A DNA stretch of 64,000 bases from an uncultured archaeon (GCA_964631415.1 CAZVZC010000002.1:28738-92737), one strand, 5' to 3'. Shown: positions 30,653 through 41,817, counted from the first letter of the stretch. The notes: generated by a model from the sequence alone, not told the origin. Numbers and translations are program-made.

Positions 30653-32053
30653 TCACCTCCATACCTGACCTAGCGCAGCCGACACTGCATTCTCAGTGGC
30701 GGCAGTAATCGCTCGCCGGTCAATCGCATCCAGATCGACGTCAAGGGCCATCACTATGACTTCTCCATTGATGGCATCCTCAGGTATCTTCCCTGCACGG
30801 AGATGAGTGACCACTGCCTTGGCTGCTCCAGACTGAACCGGGCCGTAGAAGAGCGACGCCTGGCGCAAAGACTCTATCTTCCTAGCAGGCAACATGATAC
30901 TTGTCGGTCGCACTGCAAGGTTGGGCTCTAGAATTACACTTAGAGCCTCATGACCAACTCTGGGCGTCGTCAATAGCTGAACGAACGCCGCACCCAGTGG
31001 ACCGGTCTTGGGCCCGCTGACTATGCTCGCAGCCACAGTCTGGTTCGAGCCCCTCCCAAACTTCAAGCTGCCATGCTGCTGGGCGGTTACTCCAACCTCA
31101 GCAAGAGACGTGGCAATGTCAACATCCTTTGACGGCGGAGTGTGCTTGACACCCTTGAGTAGTCCAAGCTTTTCAAGTTCTACCCGTATCTCATCCTTGA
31201 GTTCAGGAGTGAGTGTTCCCCCCGAGTTGAGAGGCATGCGTGATTTCCCGGCATCGATACCCATCATCTTCAATGCTGCTTTGACAGGTGGAGCACCGCC
31301 ATACCTTGTCACTATGCGAGCTAGGGTCTGCATTGAAAGCTGCAGTCTGGCGGCTCCTTCAATGTCACCCTTCTGCACCTTCTTCATGACATCGAGCCAC
31401 AGGTGGGGCATGATGTTGCCCGAGGCCATGATTGCAGCCCTCACACCTGCCGCGACTGCTGAGAGGAAGCATTCGTCGTGCCCTATGATGACCGGAATAC
31501 GGTCCTTGAGCTTCTGGATGAGTTCGAGAGTGTAGCCTATGTTGCCACTGCTATCCTTGATGCCCACAATGTTGTCAATTTCTGCAAGGTCTTCCACGAC
31601 GTTCGGTTGAAGGATTCCCAGAGTACACTGGGGGATGTTGTAGAGTATGACTGGCAGGTTTCCTTGGTTGGCAACTGCCGCAAAATGCTCGAAGTAGCCC
31701 TTGTCGTTCGGTTTCAAGTAGAACGGAGAAACAACGAGAGCAGCATCACATCCGACCTCAGCTGCGTACCTCGTGAGAGCGATTGTCCCCTTCGTGCTGT
31801 TTTGACCTGTGCCCGCGATCACAGGAACACGGCCATCGACAAACTCGACCGTCAGCTTCAACAGCTTCTTGCGCTCCTCCGTTCGCATGTAGACAAACTC
31901 GCCAGTGGTGCCGGCAGGCACAACGCCTGTTGCACCCTTACTGATGGTGTAATCTATGATTTGACGGAAGCTGTCCTCCATAATGTCACCGTCCTTTGTA
32001 AACGGAGTAACGAGGGCAGGCATCACTCCTTTGGGAACGAACTTCCTTGGCAT
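30653..32053 (-). CDS. DapA/NanA-family class I aldolase fused to a C-terminal Fae-like domain, copy A
   Basis: GTTGEF, YNIP and GIKDSSG; C-terminal GP..GP.G.AF, GHEAL..ILEPNL..RP, FYGPVQ Fae motifs. Confidence 0.88.
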   Translation of the reverse strand: MPRKFVPKGVMPALVTPFTKDGDIMEDSFRQIIDYTISKGATGVVPAGTTGEFVYMRTEERKKLLKLTVEFVDGRVPVIAGTGQNSTKGTIALTRYAAEVGCDAALVVSPFYLKPNDKGYFEHFAAVANQGNLPVILYNIPQCTLGILQPNVVEDLAEIDNIVGIKDSSGNIGYTLELIQKLKDRIPVIIGHDECFLSAVAAGVRAAIMASGNIMPHLWLDVMKKVQKGDIEGAARLQLSMQTLARIVTRYGGAPPVKAALKMMGIDAGKSRMPLNSGGTLTPELKDEIRVELEKLGLLKGVKHTPPSKDVDIATSLAEVGVTAQQHGSLKFGRGSNQTVAASIVSGPKTGPLGAAFVQLLTTPRVGHEALSVILEPNLAVRPTSIMLPARKIESLRQASLFYGPVQSGAAKAVVTHLRAGKIPEDAINGEVIVMALDVDLDAIDRRAITAATENAVSAALGQVWR

Positions 32054-32124
32054 ATTGACTCACCAGATTGTTGAGGCGGGTCTAGACGTTCGTTTATAAA
32101 TCTCAGCTTCCGGATATCCACGCA

Positions 32125-32451
32125 ATGAGCCGCTATATCCTCGCCCTGACCGCTTGCCCTGAGAGCAAAGCCGAAGGAATCGCGTCCAAGCTTGTGGAAG
32201 ACAGGCTCTGTGCCTGTGTCAACATGGTCTGCAACGTGACAAGCATCTACCGTTGGAAGGGCGAGATACGCAACGACAAGGAGGCGATTCTGATGATCAA
32301 GACTGACAAAAGACTACGAGAGGCACTTCGTAACGCCATCAAGAGAGTGCATCCATACGAACTACCCGAGTTCGTTGTAGTACCCATAGATGGGGGCTCG
32401 AGAGAATACCTTGAATGGATCTCAGGCTGCGTGATGGCTGATCGACGATGA
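32125..32451 (+). CDS. cutA: Divalent-cation tolerance protein CutA
   Basis: RLCACVN, SIYRWKG, HPYELPE, YLEWI. Confidence 0.95.
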   Translation: MSRYILALTACPESKAEGIASKLVEDRLCACVNMVCNVTSIYRWKGEIRNDKEAILMIKTDKRLREALRNAIKRVHPYELPEFVVVPIDGGSREYLEWISGCVMADRR

Positions 32452-32468
32452 ATGGCTACTTGCACAAC

Positions 32469-34910
32469 TCAAGCAAGGTCTGCCCTTCGCGCAGCGTACT
32501 CAAGTGACTCGTTAAAGTACTTGCCAACCACTACGGCTATTGCTGGTCCGACGATGTTGTTCAATTCGCCAGGCAGAAGCTCCCTCAAATTCGTCTTCGC
32601 TGTGAGCTTCCCCCTCTGTCTCAGGAGCGAAACCTCTCGCTGGACGATTGCTCTGGTCTTGTCCCAAGGCATTGCCTCAGAGGTCGGGCCAATGAGACCA
32701 CTCTTGATGTCAGTGAGAGCCCGCATCACGAACACAGCTAGATTGTCCATGTCATTGCTTGTGGTCATGTCGGACTTGCCATGAGTAGGGCAGACTCCCT
32801 CCTTGGGTGTTTCTCCGCAGACCGAGCACACGAGCCGTCCCCGGTTCACTCTGACATAGTACGATAGAAGATTCGCACATTTCGCATCGTCAACAGGACT
32901 CCACTCGAGTCCTTTGGTGCCGAGACGGCCTATTGCTCTGAAAACAGTGTGGGCCTTTGTGTAAATGAACAAGAGAGGATCGAGTGCCTTCCTCTTACTG
33001 TCAGCAATCCTCTGCTCCTCCAGTTGTGCCTGAACCGCCGCCTCCTCCTTGACCAGCCTCTGGGCACGCTCCTGTTTGAGGAATCGACTCATGAGATCAA
33101 AGGCCACAGCATAGTTGTCGCACTCCAAGCCGCTCATCCCAAGAGGCGTTTCAGCGATCCCCTCAAAAACAGGGCTTGGTGTCGATTCCAAGTCAGAGTC
33201 AGCCATGGCCATGTCTAAGCCTGAGAAGCGTGCATGCAGCCAAGCAGAAACCGCTGGGGTATCGAGCTCAGGGTGCACGCATTTGAACTCCTGGACTCTG
33301 TTTGCCGTCAGATCTATGAGTATCTCCTCACGCAGGTACTGCAGCTCTGTTTCTGTCTTCTCGTAGATGCTTTTCAGAAGGGCCTTTGTTCGCAATAGAT
33401 CCTGCTTCGATCTCACGTAGGTCTCTACAACTCTCGTCAGATTCGTGAACAAGCCAATCATGAAATGCCAGACAATGTCTAGCTTGAGGGAGGCGATAGT
33501 TTCCTCCTGCCGCAGCTGTTGGCCCATTTCATGCGCAGAAGCAGCCCCTGCCTGAGTCGCTCCCGTCCCTTGTAATGACTCTCTTGCTTTGATCAGTCTC
33601 TTGATCTCATCGGGCGGTGGTAGACGGACTCTTTTCTTCAGTTCCTCCACCACTTCGATCTCTATGCCGATTAGACTACCACGATCCTTTGTCAGAAGCT
33701 GGAGTGATATCTTGTCGAGCTCGGCTCCTCTTAGGCCCCGAGAGCGGAGCGCGCCTTTTACTGATCGTTCCAGTGTCTGCTCTATCTTCTCCAGAGTCTT
33801 TAGCGACCTAGTTAGGTCTTCCAAGTCCTCCCTGGAAACACGGTCGGCGGCCTTGCTGGCTGTTGCCCTCCCGAAGGACGCACTTAGTCCGACTGCAAGG
33901 TCTGCGGGTGATGCAATACCTTTCGGCTGTAACGAAACCCGTATGTCTTCAGGGTTCAGTCCCAGCAAGTACCCCAACAGAGTGAATGTGTCAGTAGGGT
34001 TCTTCTCGAATTCCGCCGCTAGTTTCTTCGCCACCACATCAGCAATCCGACTCTCGAAGTCACCAATCGTTGTGGGCGTGTCGATATCTCCCTCGATTGC
34101 ATCAAGGATCGCAATTCTGAGCTCGTGCGCACGTTTCAGCGTCTGTCTGTTTCGCCCTTTGGGCAAGTTGCCAATCACAGCCAGGGCTACTTCGTCCCAG
34201 GTTTCGTCGGTCACACCAGACATCATAAGCCGGGCAGTGAGACATGTTGGTCTTCTGAGTAGACGCGCAATCCCACGCTTCAGAATGGAGGTTTCCGGGA
34301 CCTCCTCCTCATGCTCCCTAAGAAGCTCTTCCCTGAGTGACATTGATGACTCCTTCAGACCGGACGCCTTAGCATAGATGTCACTCCTCCACACCGGGCC
34401 CCAGCCCGTCACTTCGTTCACGAAGTCGATATCATGATTGCCGGCATACTCTCGAGGCAGCTTGCTCAGGTGACTCTTCAGCTGAGCCACGACTCGCTTG
34501 ACTGTCTGAGGCTCCGAGGCATTAGTATCGTCTACGATTTCACAGAGTGCAATTAAGAACTCGCTGACAAGTCTGGCTCGGTCGAGTTCCTCCCTCTGCT
34601 TGTTGCCGAGAATCTGTCGGACCTCCAGTTCCAGAAGTCGGCGGGACTCTTTCTCTGTGTCACTCTTCTGTTCGATTGTCAGCTGCCCGCCTGCGGTGTT
34701 CTGCCTGACGTGGACGTCTTGGTAGTTAACAAGGTAGAAAGCAGAGAAGAATGAAAGAAGGTCCTCAAGAGGTCGACGGTCCGCAAGGATTTCTGCAACC
34801 ATCTGCCTGTCACGTGGGCTCCGCATATGCGTGGCCAATGCCTCTCTCAGAAGTATCTCTTTGCCCGCCTCACTCATCTGACGTGTCCTTAGAATCCAAG
34901 CACTCGACAC
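32469..34910 (-). CDS. Large alpha-helical hypothetical protein with a C-terminal CxxC-x8-CxxH zinc finger
   Basis: 813-aa ORF; CSVCGETPKEGVCPTHG; starts 4 nt after the upstream gene's stop, with a GAGGTGA SD. Confidence 0.8.
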   Translation of the reverse strand: MSSAWILRTRQMSEAGKEILLREALATHMRSPRDRQMVAEILADRRPLEDLLSFFSAFYLVNYQDVHVRQNTAGGQLTIEQKSDTEKESRRLLELEVRQILGNKQREELDRARLVSEFLIALCEIVDDTNASEPQTVKRVVAQLKSHLSKLPREYAGNHDIDFVNEVTGWGPVWRSDIYAKASGLKESSMSLREELLREHEEEVPETSILKRGIARLLRRPTCLTARLMMSGVTDETWDEVALAVIGNLPKGRNRQTLKRAHELRIAILDAIEGDIDTPTTIGDFESRIADVVAKKLAAEFEKNPTDTFTLLGYLLGLNPEDIRVSLQPKGIASPADLAVGLSASFGRATASKAADRVSREDLEDLTRSLKTLEKIEQTLERSVKGALRSRGLRGAELDKISLQLLTKDRGSLIGIEIEVVEELKKRVRLPPPDEIKRLIKARESLQGTGATQAGAASAHEMGQQLRQEETIASLKLDIVWHFMIGLFTNLTRVVETYVRSKQDLLRTKALLKSIYEKTETELQYLREEILIDLTANRVQEFKCVHPELDTPAVSAWLHARFSGLDMAMADSDLESTPSPVFEGIAETPLGMSGLECDNYAVAFDLMSRFLKQERAQRLVKEEAAVQAQLEEQRIADSKRKALDPLLFIYTKAHTVFRAIGRLGTKGLEWSPVDDAKCANLLSYYVRVNRGRLVCSVCGETPKEGVCPTHGKSDMTTSNDMDNLAVFVMRALTDIKSGLIGPTSEAMPWDKTRAIVQREVSLLRQRGKLTAKTNLRELLPGELNNIVGPAIAVVVGKYFNESLEYAARRADLA

Positions 34911-34914
34911 ATGA

Positions 34915-37590
34915 TCACCTCAGGAAGTTGCTGCCCAAGCGAACAGTCATCTCATCGCCATGATAATCGTAGGTCACCAAGTAGACTAGGCCTGGAAACT
35001 CTGGGTCTGTCAGATAGACCCGTGTCGCGCGAGGCAACAGTCTGCCGATGCTCCTTATTGCTGAACCCATCAGATACTCGAGAAACTCCTCATTGATGCT
35101 GACAGTTGACTCACCCGTGACTCGCGCGCGCTCAGCCTTCAGCCTTTGCAGGTGTTGGGAAATCAGCTTCTCCAATTCCTGCTCTCTTTTTCCCATCTCA
35201 TCCAGCTTGGCCGTCAACAGATCTCGCAGCTTGGCGCTTGTGATTAGATTCTGTGAGGGCTCCGGTTTCACCGGGAGCGGTTTGACCACCAGTAGTGGAA
35301 ACTCAAGATCCACTTTGCGAAGCCGCGTTTCGAGGGACTCAGGAGGTGCTACAGACACACGGGGGCCCTCATCTGGTGGCACCACAGTCTGTTCACCGAC
35401 TTCCGGCTTGGGTTCGACCTGTTTCGGAGAAGCCTCGTACTCAGCGGACTCTCGCCCGTAGTCGACCTTTGCCTGCTCGAGAAGTCTTTGTCGCTTTTCA
35501 TTGTGCTGCCGGATACCGTCGTTTTCTGCCTCTGTCAGCAAGCAGATCTGTTTCCACTGCTTCAAGTCCTGCTCATGCGTCCTCTGAAGATGGTCCGCCT
35601 CAGACTTGACTCGATCCAGTATTGACTGGGATGACATGCGTAGTCCAACGTTATCGTGAACATAGCGAGCAAAAGCTATTAGATTGGAGTGATAATCAGC
35701 TGTGCCTTTCATACCGCCGAACGCATCCTCGATCAAATGCAATGCCTCAGCCCTCCACTCACGGGACCTATCACCAAACGACTGGACTGCCCTTGTTAGC
35801 TCGGTCTTTAGGTCAGCGCCCGCAGTGCCCATTGCATCAAGGACTTGGCTGAGGAAGGGTCTTGCAAGGACTGTTCCGGCGATATTCGGTGATATATCAC
35901 GAACGAGCGCCTCTAGAGTGGACAGCCTTTCCATCAGGGTCTTGCCTTCTGAGTCAATTGCCGCTTCCTGGGCCGCACCTGGAATTGTTTGTTTGCTTAT
36001 GACTTCCGATCTGGCAATCTGTGCTGTGTCACTGAATGATATCAGATCCGACACATCAAGATTGTCGAAACCCTCAATCATGGCATCTATGGCGACGTCC
36101 ATGAGCTGTGCAGGCGTCTTCATCTTCACACCCTCGAATGCCGCCCTGTCAAAAGCGGCATTCAACATCGAGTACAGTTCGGCGATGAACTTGTGAAACA
36201 GCATCAGATCAGTAGGACTCGTGTCGCGACCGGTCAGTTCTTGACGAAAAGCGACAATCGCATTGAGTACTGCCTTTCGTGACAACGTAACGACGAGGAA
36301 TCTACGAAACTCCTCAGCAAAGTACTGAGCGACCTTCCTTGCATATGTGACGAAATACCTCAATGTCCCCTTAAGCTGCCAAGCTCTAGCTTCTTCTCCT
36401 TGAGGGATGGTACGTCCGACAGAGTCCATCATATGGTCCAAGAGTCTGATAAGCATCTTCAGAGCGACCTCGCCACCACGACCCGTCAAGTTCTTGGCCT
36501 TGACCGTGAGTATTTTGACAAGTGCGTCTCTGTGGCCAGTCGACAAGAGAGCCAAGCCAGAAGAAATGTGCTGTTCTACAGCTTCACTTAAGACATCGAC
36601 AGACTTGGCGACCAGCTCAGCAAAGCTGTTCGCTTGGTCCATTACCTTATCGAGCTCACTCGCCTTGACACTGTCTCGGCCAATATACTCAACAAGCGCT
36701 CCGATGACTGTTGTCGCGATGTTGACTTCCTCGCTGCTGTATGCGTAAGCATTCAGCTCGCCAAGTATGGTCCTGCCGATCTCTGGAATGTGAGTGACAA
36801 GGGTTTCAATGGCATTCGGAGTCATGATACGATGTCTGAAATGCTGGCTGAGTGCTGCGGGCTCGGCCTTTGGAAGGACCAGCTGGAGCTCCCAGGGCTT
36901 GAGGACCCTCAGACCAGGAGGCATCGAGCTGAAGTCCTTCCGGCACTTCGCCTTCACAACAGCCTCCAGATCGATATCGTCAGGTTTGATACTCATAGTA
37001 GTATATGAAGTCTGAAACTGGCGGTCCAACATGTCAACAAACATTACTCTGTTGAACCTGTCAGCAAAATGGCGAAGGACTGCCAATCCCTCGCGGTCAT
37101 AATCAAGACCGCTGCTCAGGATGGCAACCTCTATGTCAGCCATCTTCTTTGTCAGTCGTCTGATGTTAGCGTCCACCTTGAAGGGATCCACGATACCCCT
37201 TTCCCAGGTTAGCATACATGCATGAGAACTCACTTCACCAACGGAACTGCCTGCCACGACTAGTTGTTCTGGTAGAAGCTCAGAACTTGGCGCTCGTTCC
37301 AGGTCCCATATGAGTGACAGAAGCTCTAGGCCTTCGGATTGTCTCAACGAATCTCGCACAGAGAAGACAAGTGGTGCGACATTCATAGCCACAGTCTCAG
37401 AGTTCTCTTCCATCATGCTGCCTAGCCCGACAGCTGCGCCGACCGGAAGACCGCGAGTAGTTGTGGAACCCAACACTGAAACGGACGCCATCCGGATGGC
37501 TTCGACTGTACTAGTAACGGTGGTCTTGGCCTTGCCAGTTGCAGACATGACTCTACCTCCAGCTCTGAGCCACCGTTCGAGTTGGCTCAC
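34915..37590 (-). CDS. Large hypothetical protein (helical/coiled-coil, beta-rich termini)
   Basis: 891-aa ORF, apparently operonic with 32469-34910. Confidence 0.8.
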   Translation of the reverse strand: MSQLERWLRAGGRVMSATGKAKTTVTSTVEAIRMASVSVLGSTTTRGLPVGAAVGLGSMMEENSETVAMNVAPLVFSVRDSLRQSEGLELLSLIWDLERAPSSELLPEQLVVAGSSVGEVSSHACMLTWERGIVDPFKVDANIRRLTKKMADIEVAILSSGLDYDREGLAVLRHFADRFNRVMFVDMLDRQFQTSYTTMSIKPDDIDLEAVVKAKCRKDFSSMPPGLRVLKPWELQLVLPKAEPAALSQHFRHRIMTPNAIETLVTHIPEIGRTILGELNAYAYSSEEVNIATTVIGALVEYIGRDSVKASELDKVMDQANSFAELVAKSVDVLSEAVEQHISSGLALLSTGHRDALVKILTVKAKNLTGRGGEVALKMLIRLLDHMMDSVGRTIPQGEEARAWQLKGTLRYFVTYARKVAQYFAEEFRRFLVVTLSRKAVLNAIVAFRQELTGRDTSPTDLMLFHKFIAELYSMLNAAFDRAAFEGVKMKTPAQLMDVAIDAMIEGFDNLDVSDLISFSDTAQIARSEVISKQTIPGAAQEAAIDSEGKTLMERLSTLEALVRDISPNIAGTVLARPFLSQVLDAMGTAGADLKTELTRAVQSFGDRSREWRAEALHLIEDAFGGMKGTADYHSNLIAFARYVHDNVGLRMSSQSILDRVKSEADHLQRTHEQDLKQWKQICLLTEAENDGIRQHNEKRQRLLEQAKVDYGRESAEYEASPKQVEPKPEVGEQTVVPPDEGPRVSVAPPESLETRLRKVDLEFPLLVVKPLPVKPEPSQNLITSAKLRDLLTAKLDEMGKREQELEKLISQHLQRLKAERARVTGESTVSINEEFLEYLMGSAIRSIGRLLPRATRVYLTDPEFPGLVYLVTYDYHGDEMTVRLGSNFLR

Positions 37591-37683
37591 AATTGAGAAG
37601 AGCCATGGTCGTTCGGTGGCATGTCCAACAGTCCAAACAGTGAGCGGACCTTTTGAATATAGCTCGGTTGTAGGGGCGACTCC

Positions 37684-38643
37684 CTAGACCCGCGTCCATA
37701 TGCCATGGGTGTCGGCCTTCACAAGACCGGCCTTTTCCAGGTCACGTAGTGCCACCTCTAGGGTAGTTGGAAGCAGAGAGGCCACTTCTTCTGGTACAGG
37801 TACAGCACGGCTCTGCCGTATGTCGAATGTGAGCTGTTCAATGTCGATCTCACCCCTTAGTGAAACATGTTCTAGAACTGTGTCCAAGAAGTGTGTGACC
37901 CCATCACGTACGTCCTGAATCTGGAGTCGTGCATCATGCCCAATATGCGGGATGTCATGTGCGGGCAGCAAGTACTCGATGTCATAGGAGGCGATCTCGT
38001 CTATCGCTGCCAGCTTCGCAGTCAGGCTTCCACTGAGATCAACATAGAACTTCCGTGAATCATCTGGGAGGTTATTCAGCTCATCGCCCGAGAACAGGAT
38101 CTTCCTGTCAGCGTCTAGAAACACACAATGCCCGGCCGAGTGGCCTCCTGTATGAATGACTTTCAAGACCACATGGCCAATCTTGACCTCATCCCTCTGC
38201 CGGAGTATCCTATCAGGCTTTGTTCCTGCGTAGTTGACCCGGAGCGGGCTTCTGTCCATCTTCATTGCCAGCCTTTCAGCGGCGCCGAGCCTCAATCTAT
38301 GCTTGATGAAGATGCGAGGATCCTCCAAGAGCTCCACGTCTCCACTATGGATCATAATCTGCGCACCGGTGCTCCTGCGCAGCCGGGCAGCCCCACCGAC
38401 ATGATCAGGATGACCATGAGTACATAGGATTCCAATGAGAGCCTTCTTGGGGTTCAGACCAAGACTGACCATTCCTTTGACGATTTCCTCGCCCGGATCT
38501 CCCGCTGTTCCCGGGTCTATGACTAGGGCCTCCTCGCCTTCCACTACTAAGTAGCTCGATATGAAACCAAACTCACCTGCAAACCTGCCCTTTATGGTGT
38601 ATACTCCGGGGACAATCTCTGTAGGGGCCATCTTCTCCGTCAT
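37684..38643 (-). CDS. MBL-fold metallo-hydrolase with a C-terminal wHTH-like region
   Basis: IDPG, THGHPDHVGG, GGHSAGH, FSGD, PAH. Confidence 0.9.
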   Translation of the reverse strand: MTEKMAPTEIVPGVYTIKGRFAGEFGFISSYLVVEGEEALVIDPGTAGDPGEEIVKGMVSLGLNPKKALIGILCTHGHPDHVGGAARLRRSTGAQIMIHSGDVELLEDPRIFIKHRLRLGAAERLAMKMDRSPLRVNYAGTKPDRILRQRDEVKIGHVVLKVIHTGGHSAGHCVFLDADRKILFSGDELNNLPDDSRKFYVDLSGSLTAKLAAIDEIASYDIEYLLPAHDIPHIGHDARLQIQDVRDGVTHFLDTVLEHVSLRGEIDIEQLTFDIRQSRAVPVPEEVASLLPTTLEVALRDLEKAGLVKADTHGIWTRV

Positions 38644-38678
38644 ACTGCACGACGCCGTCCTTATGACGCTATCGACCC

Positions 38679-41507
38679 CTAGCGATTCCGCCCGCCCCTC
38701 CAGTGCCCGAAGATGATGTGCGGAGGTATCAAAAGAGCAGGCAGAGAGGCCAGCAGTATAACCATCCAATCCCGTGAGTTGAGAGGCATGGTTTCGAACA
38801 GTGGCTGCGCGAATGGCAGATAGATCGTTGCCAGTGTCAGCACGACGGAAGCCATCACGGCTGCGAACAGGTATTTCGTCCCAGCCAAGCTCGTTCTCCA
38901 GACCGGTCGATGCTCGTCTCTACAGTTCCAGACAAAGAGGAGCTCGAATGTAACAACGGCAGCGAAGACCGCAGTTCTAGCGTGCACTAGGACATCAGCC
39001 CACGCAATACCTGTCACTGCCGAGATGCCAGTTCTCCAATCCAAATCGGACAGAGCGTTGCCAGTGATGCCCGGGATGTACCCGCCGTATATGCTGAGCG
39101 AGTAGAAGTAGACCAGAGCAGACGCGAGGAAACCTGTAGCTCCAACTATCATTATGAAAGCGGCCATTCTTCGGTCCATCATCTTCGCGCCGGCCTTTCT
39201 AGGCGGTCGTTCCATCAGACCCCTCTCGGGAGGGTCGACTCCAAGTGCCAATGCCGGAAGGCCATCAGTGGCCAAGTTGAGCCACAGAATCTGTATTGCT
39301 GTGATTGGGATTGGCAGTCCGATCATGACCACTGTGAAGACTAGGAAAAGCTCGTCGAAATTGGCAGAGAGCAGGAATCGGACAAACTTCCGAATGTTCG
39401 AGTAGATCTCGCGTCCCTTTTCAACAGCAGAAACAATCGTGGCGAAATTGTCATCGACCAGAATGACATCGGATGCCTCCTTTGTGACGTCTGCCCCGCG
39501 GATGCCCATGGATATCCCTATGTCCGCCGATTTGACGGCTGGTGCATCATTCACTCCATCGCCAGTCATAGCAACGACATTTTCGGCGCTCCTCAAAGCA
39601 GCCACAATTCTCAGCTTGTGTTCTGGGGCGACTCTGGCGAAAACGTTGTTCTCAAAGACACATCGTCTGAACTCCTCGTCGTTCATCGCGTCAAGCTGTT
39701 CGCCTGTCACCACGCGACCGTCCCTCTCGATGAGTCCTACGTCTTGGGCGACCGCTTTCGCAGTCAGGTGGTTGTCGCCTGTGATCATCATGGCGCGAAT
39801 CCCGGCAGTCCTGCATAGACGAATTGCGGCTCTGACCTCATTCCTCGGCGGGTCGATCATCCCCGCCAATCCGACGAACACTAGGTTCCGCTCCACGACG
39901 CCGGGGTCGTAGTCATTCAGACTTCGCTCAAGAGGTCGGTAGGCCAAAGCCAGCACCCTGAGCGCCCTCTCTGCCATCTGCGCATTCGTATTGAGAATCT
40001 CTCTTCTGAGATCGCTATCAAGAGGCTTGACAACCCCGTTCTCCAGAGCACTGCTGCACAGCAGAAGCACAACTTCGGGCGCACCCTTAGTGAAAGCACA
40101 TATCTCACCGGATGCATCAGCCACAATAGATGTCATCCTCTTCCGAACAGAGTCGAAAGAGATCTCATGAATCTCCTTGTACTCTGCCGCTGTTTCATGA
40201 TACGAGAGACCGCCCTTCTCTGCAAGCACCATGAGCGCACCTTCGGTTGGATCCCCCACCACATTGTAGTCGTCCTTCTCAGTGGGACCATCTTGAAGGA
40301 TAGTATTGCTGCATAGCTGTCCTATCAAGAGCAGTTTCTTCAGCTGCGTGTCAGCCATCGGGTTAACCTTGTGGCCATGATGGACGAAGTCCCCTGACTT
40401 GGCGTAGCCGGAGCCGCCAACTTCGAAAATCTTTCCGTCAGAGTAGACTGCTTTCACAGTCATCTCATTCTTCGTTATTGTGCCGGTCTTGTCAGAACAG
40501 ATCACAGTCGTCGAGCCAAGTGTTTCCACAGAAGGCAGCTTCCTTACGATTGCATTCCGTTGGACCATCCTCTGTACGCCTATCGCAAGTGTGATTGTCA
40601 CGACGGCAGGCAGTCCTTCTGGTATCGCAGAAACAGCAAGGGCAATCGCCGCCATGAGCTCCTCCACAAATGAATCAGACACGTCACGCAATACCTCTGC
40701 GGCCAGCACGAGGGCAGCCAAGATCACTACCACAAGGCCCAGCTTCTTGCCGAGGTCGTCCAAGTCCTTCTGAAGAGGAGTCGTAACATCATCGCGCTGC
40801 TGCACAACCTGAGCTATCTTGCCGAATTCCGTTTCCATTCCAGTCGCGGTTACAAGTACACGACCCTTTCCTGAGGTGACTGTGGTTCCCTGATATACCA
40901 TGTTCGTCCTGTCGCCTATTGAGGTGTGTTCCTGACGGATCGGCCCTGGTTTCTTCTGAGTGGACTGAGACTCACCCGTAAGAACTGACTCGTCTGCCGA
41001 GAAGCCTACTGCACTCAGTATCCGCCCGTCGGCGGGAAGCCGATCACCGGTTTCTAGTGAGATGAGATCGCCGGGTACTAGCTCGCGCGACTCGAGGACT
41101 ATCCACAGTCCATCTCGCATGGCGCGTGCCTTTGGCGCCGCCATCTGCTTGAGAGCATCCAGCGCACGCTCTGACTTGTACTCCTGAACAAAACCGAATA
41201 GCGCATTCGCTAACACAATCACCGCAATGACAACTGCGTCGATGAGCCCCCCCTCTTCGCCTGATCCTGGGATGAATGATGCTGCCAGCGTGATGGCTAT
41301 GGCGACAAGCAGAACGACTACCATGGGATTCTTGAACTGACTCAAGAACTGGCTGAGCATACTCGTACGTTTCGCCGCAACAAGCTCGTTGTAGCCATAG
41401 ACCTGAATTCGCGCTTGGGCTTCAGTTGTCGTAAGGCCCTTTGGCGTGGTCTGGAGCTCTTTGATTGCATAATCAATATCATTGGCGTGCCAGAGACGAT
41501 CGGGCAT
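38679..41507 (-). CDS. P-type cation-transporting ATPase (type IIA, Ca2+-like)
   Basis: [40 protein letters not shown]. Confidence 0.95.
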   Translation of the reverse strand: MPDRLWHANDIDYAIKELQTTPKGLTTTEAQARIQVYGYNELVAAKRTSMLSQFLSQFKNPMVVVLLVAIAITLAASFIPGSGEEGGLIDAVVIAVIVLANALFGFVQEYKSERALDALKQMAAPKARAMRDGLWIVLESRELVPGDLISLETGDRLPADGRILSAVGFSADESVLTGESQSTQKKPGPIRQEHTSIGDRTNMVYQGTTVTSGKGRVLVTATGMETEFGKIAQVVQQRDDVTTPLQKDLDDLGKKLGLVVVILAALVLAAEVLRDVSDSFVEELMAAIALAVSAIPEGLPAVVTITLAIGVQRMVQRNAIVRKLPSVETLGSTTVICSDKTGTITKNEMTVKAVYSDGKIFEVGGSGYAKSGDFVHHGHKVNPMADTQLKKLLLIGQLCSNTILQDGPTEKDDYNVVGDPTEGALMVLAEKGGLSYHETAAEYKEIHEISFDSVRKRMTSIVADASGEICAFTKGAPEVVLLLCSSALENGVVKPLDSDLRREILNTNAQMAERALRVLALAYRPLERSLNDYDPGVVERNLVFVGLAGMIDPPRNEVRAAIRLCRTAGIRAMMITGDNHLTAKAVAQDVGLIERDGRVVTGEQLDAMNDEEFRRCVFENNVFARVAPEHKLRIVAALRSAENVVAMTGDGVNDAPAVKSADIGISMGIRGADVTKEASDVILVDDNFATIVSAVEKGREIYSNIRKFVRFLLSANFDELFLVFTVVMIGLPIPITAIQILWLNLATDGLPALALGVDPPERGLMERPPRKAGAKMMDRRMAAFIMIVGATGFLASALVYFYSLSIYGGYIPGITGNALSDLDWRTGISAVTGIAWADVLVHARTAVFAAVVTFELLFVWNCRDEHRPVWRTSLAGTKYLFAAVMASVVLTLATIYLPFAQPLFETMPLNSRDWMVILLASLPALLIPPHIIFGHWRGGRNR

Positions 41508-41817
41508 GGCAAAGACTCCGATTCCGCATGTTTAGCATTCCGCACTTGACAAAGTGGCTGGGCTTATAGACAAATATCTTTCGCTGACGACACAGCTGGA
41601 TGCCCCATCTCAATCGCCCTTCTACAGCTGGTGCGGCTCCAAGCTATTTCATCGACAGGTAGACTCAAGACGTCAGAGTTGGACGGAACGAATTGGTTCT
41701 TTTTGAACTCAACTCTTCAGCCAAGTGGTATGCTGACGCTATGGCGGACACGTTTCAGCCGAGAGCAAGCATTAAATGCGCGGCCTCGTTATGCGAGTCC
41801 TACTGGAGGATGCTTGG

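Noticed and set aside
29172-32053. Annotation as ordinary dapA (lysine biosynthesis)
   Set aside because: The substrate-binding Arg is missing, both genes carry Fae fusions, and no dapB or asd is adjacent.
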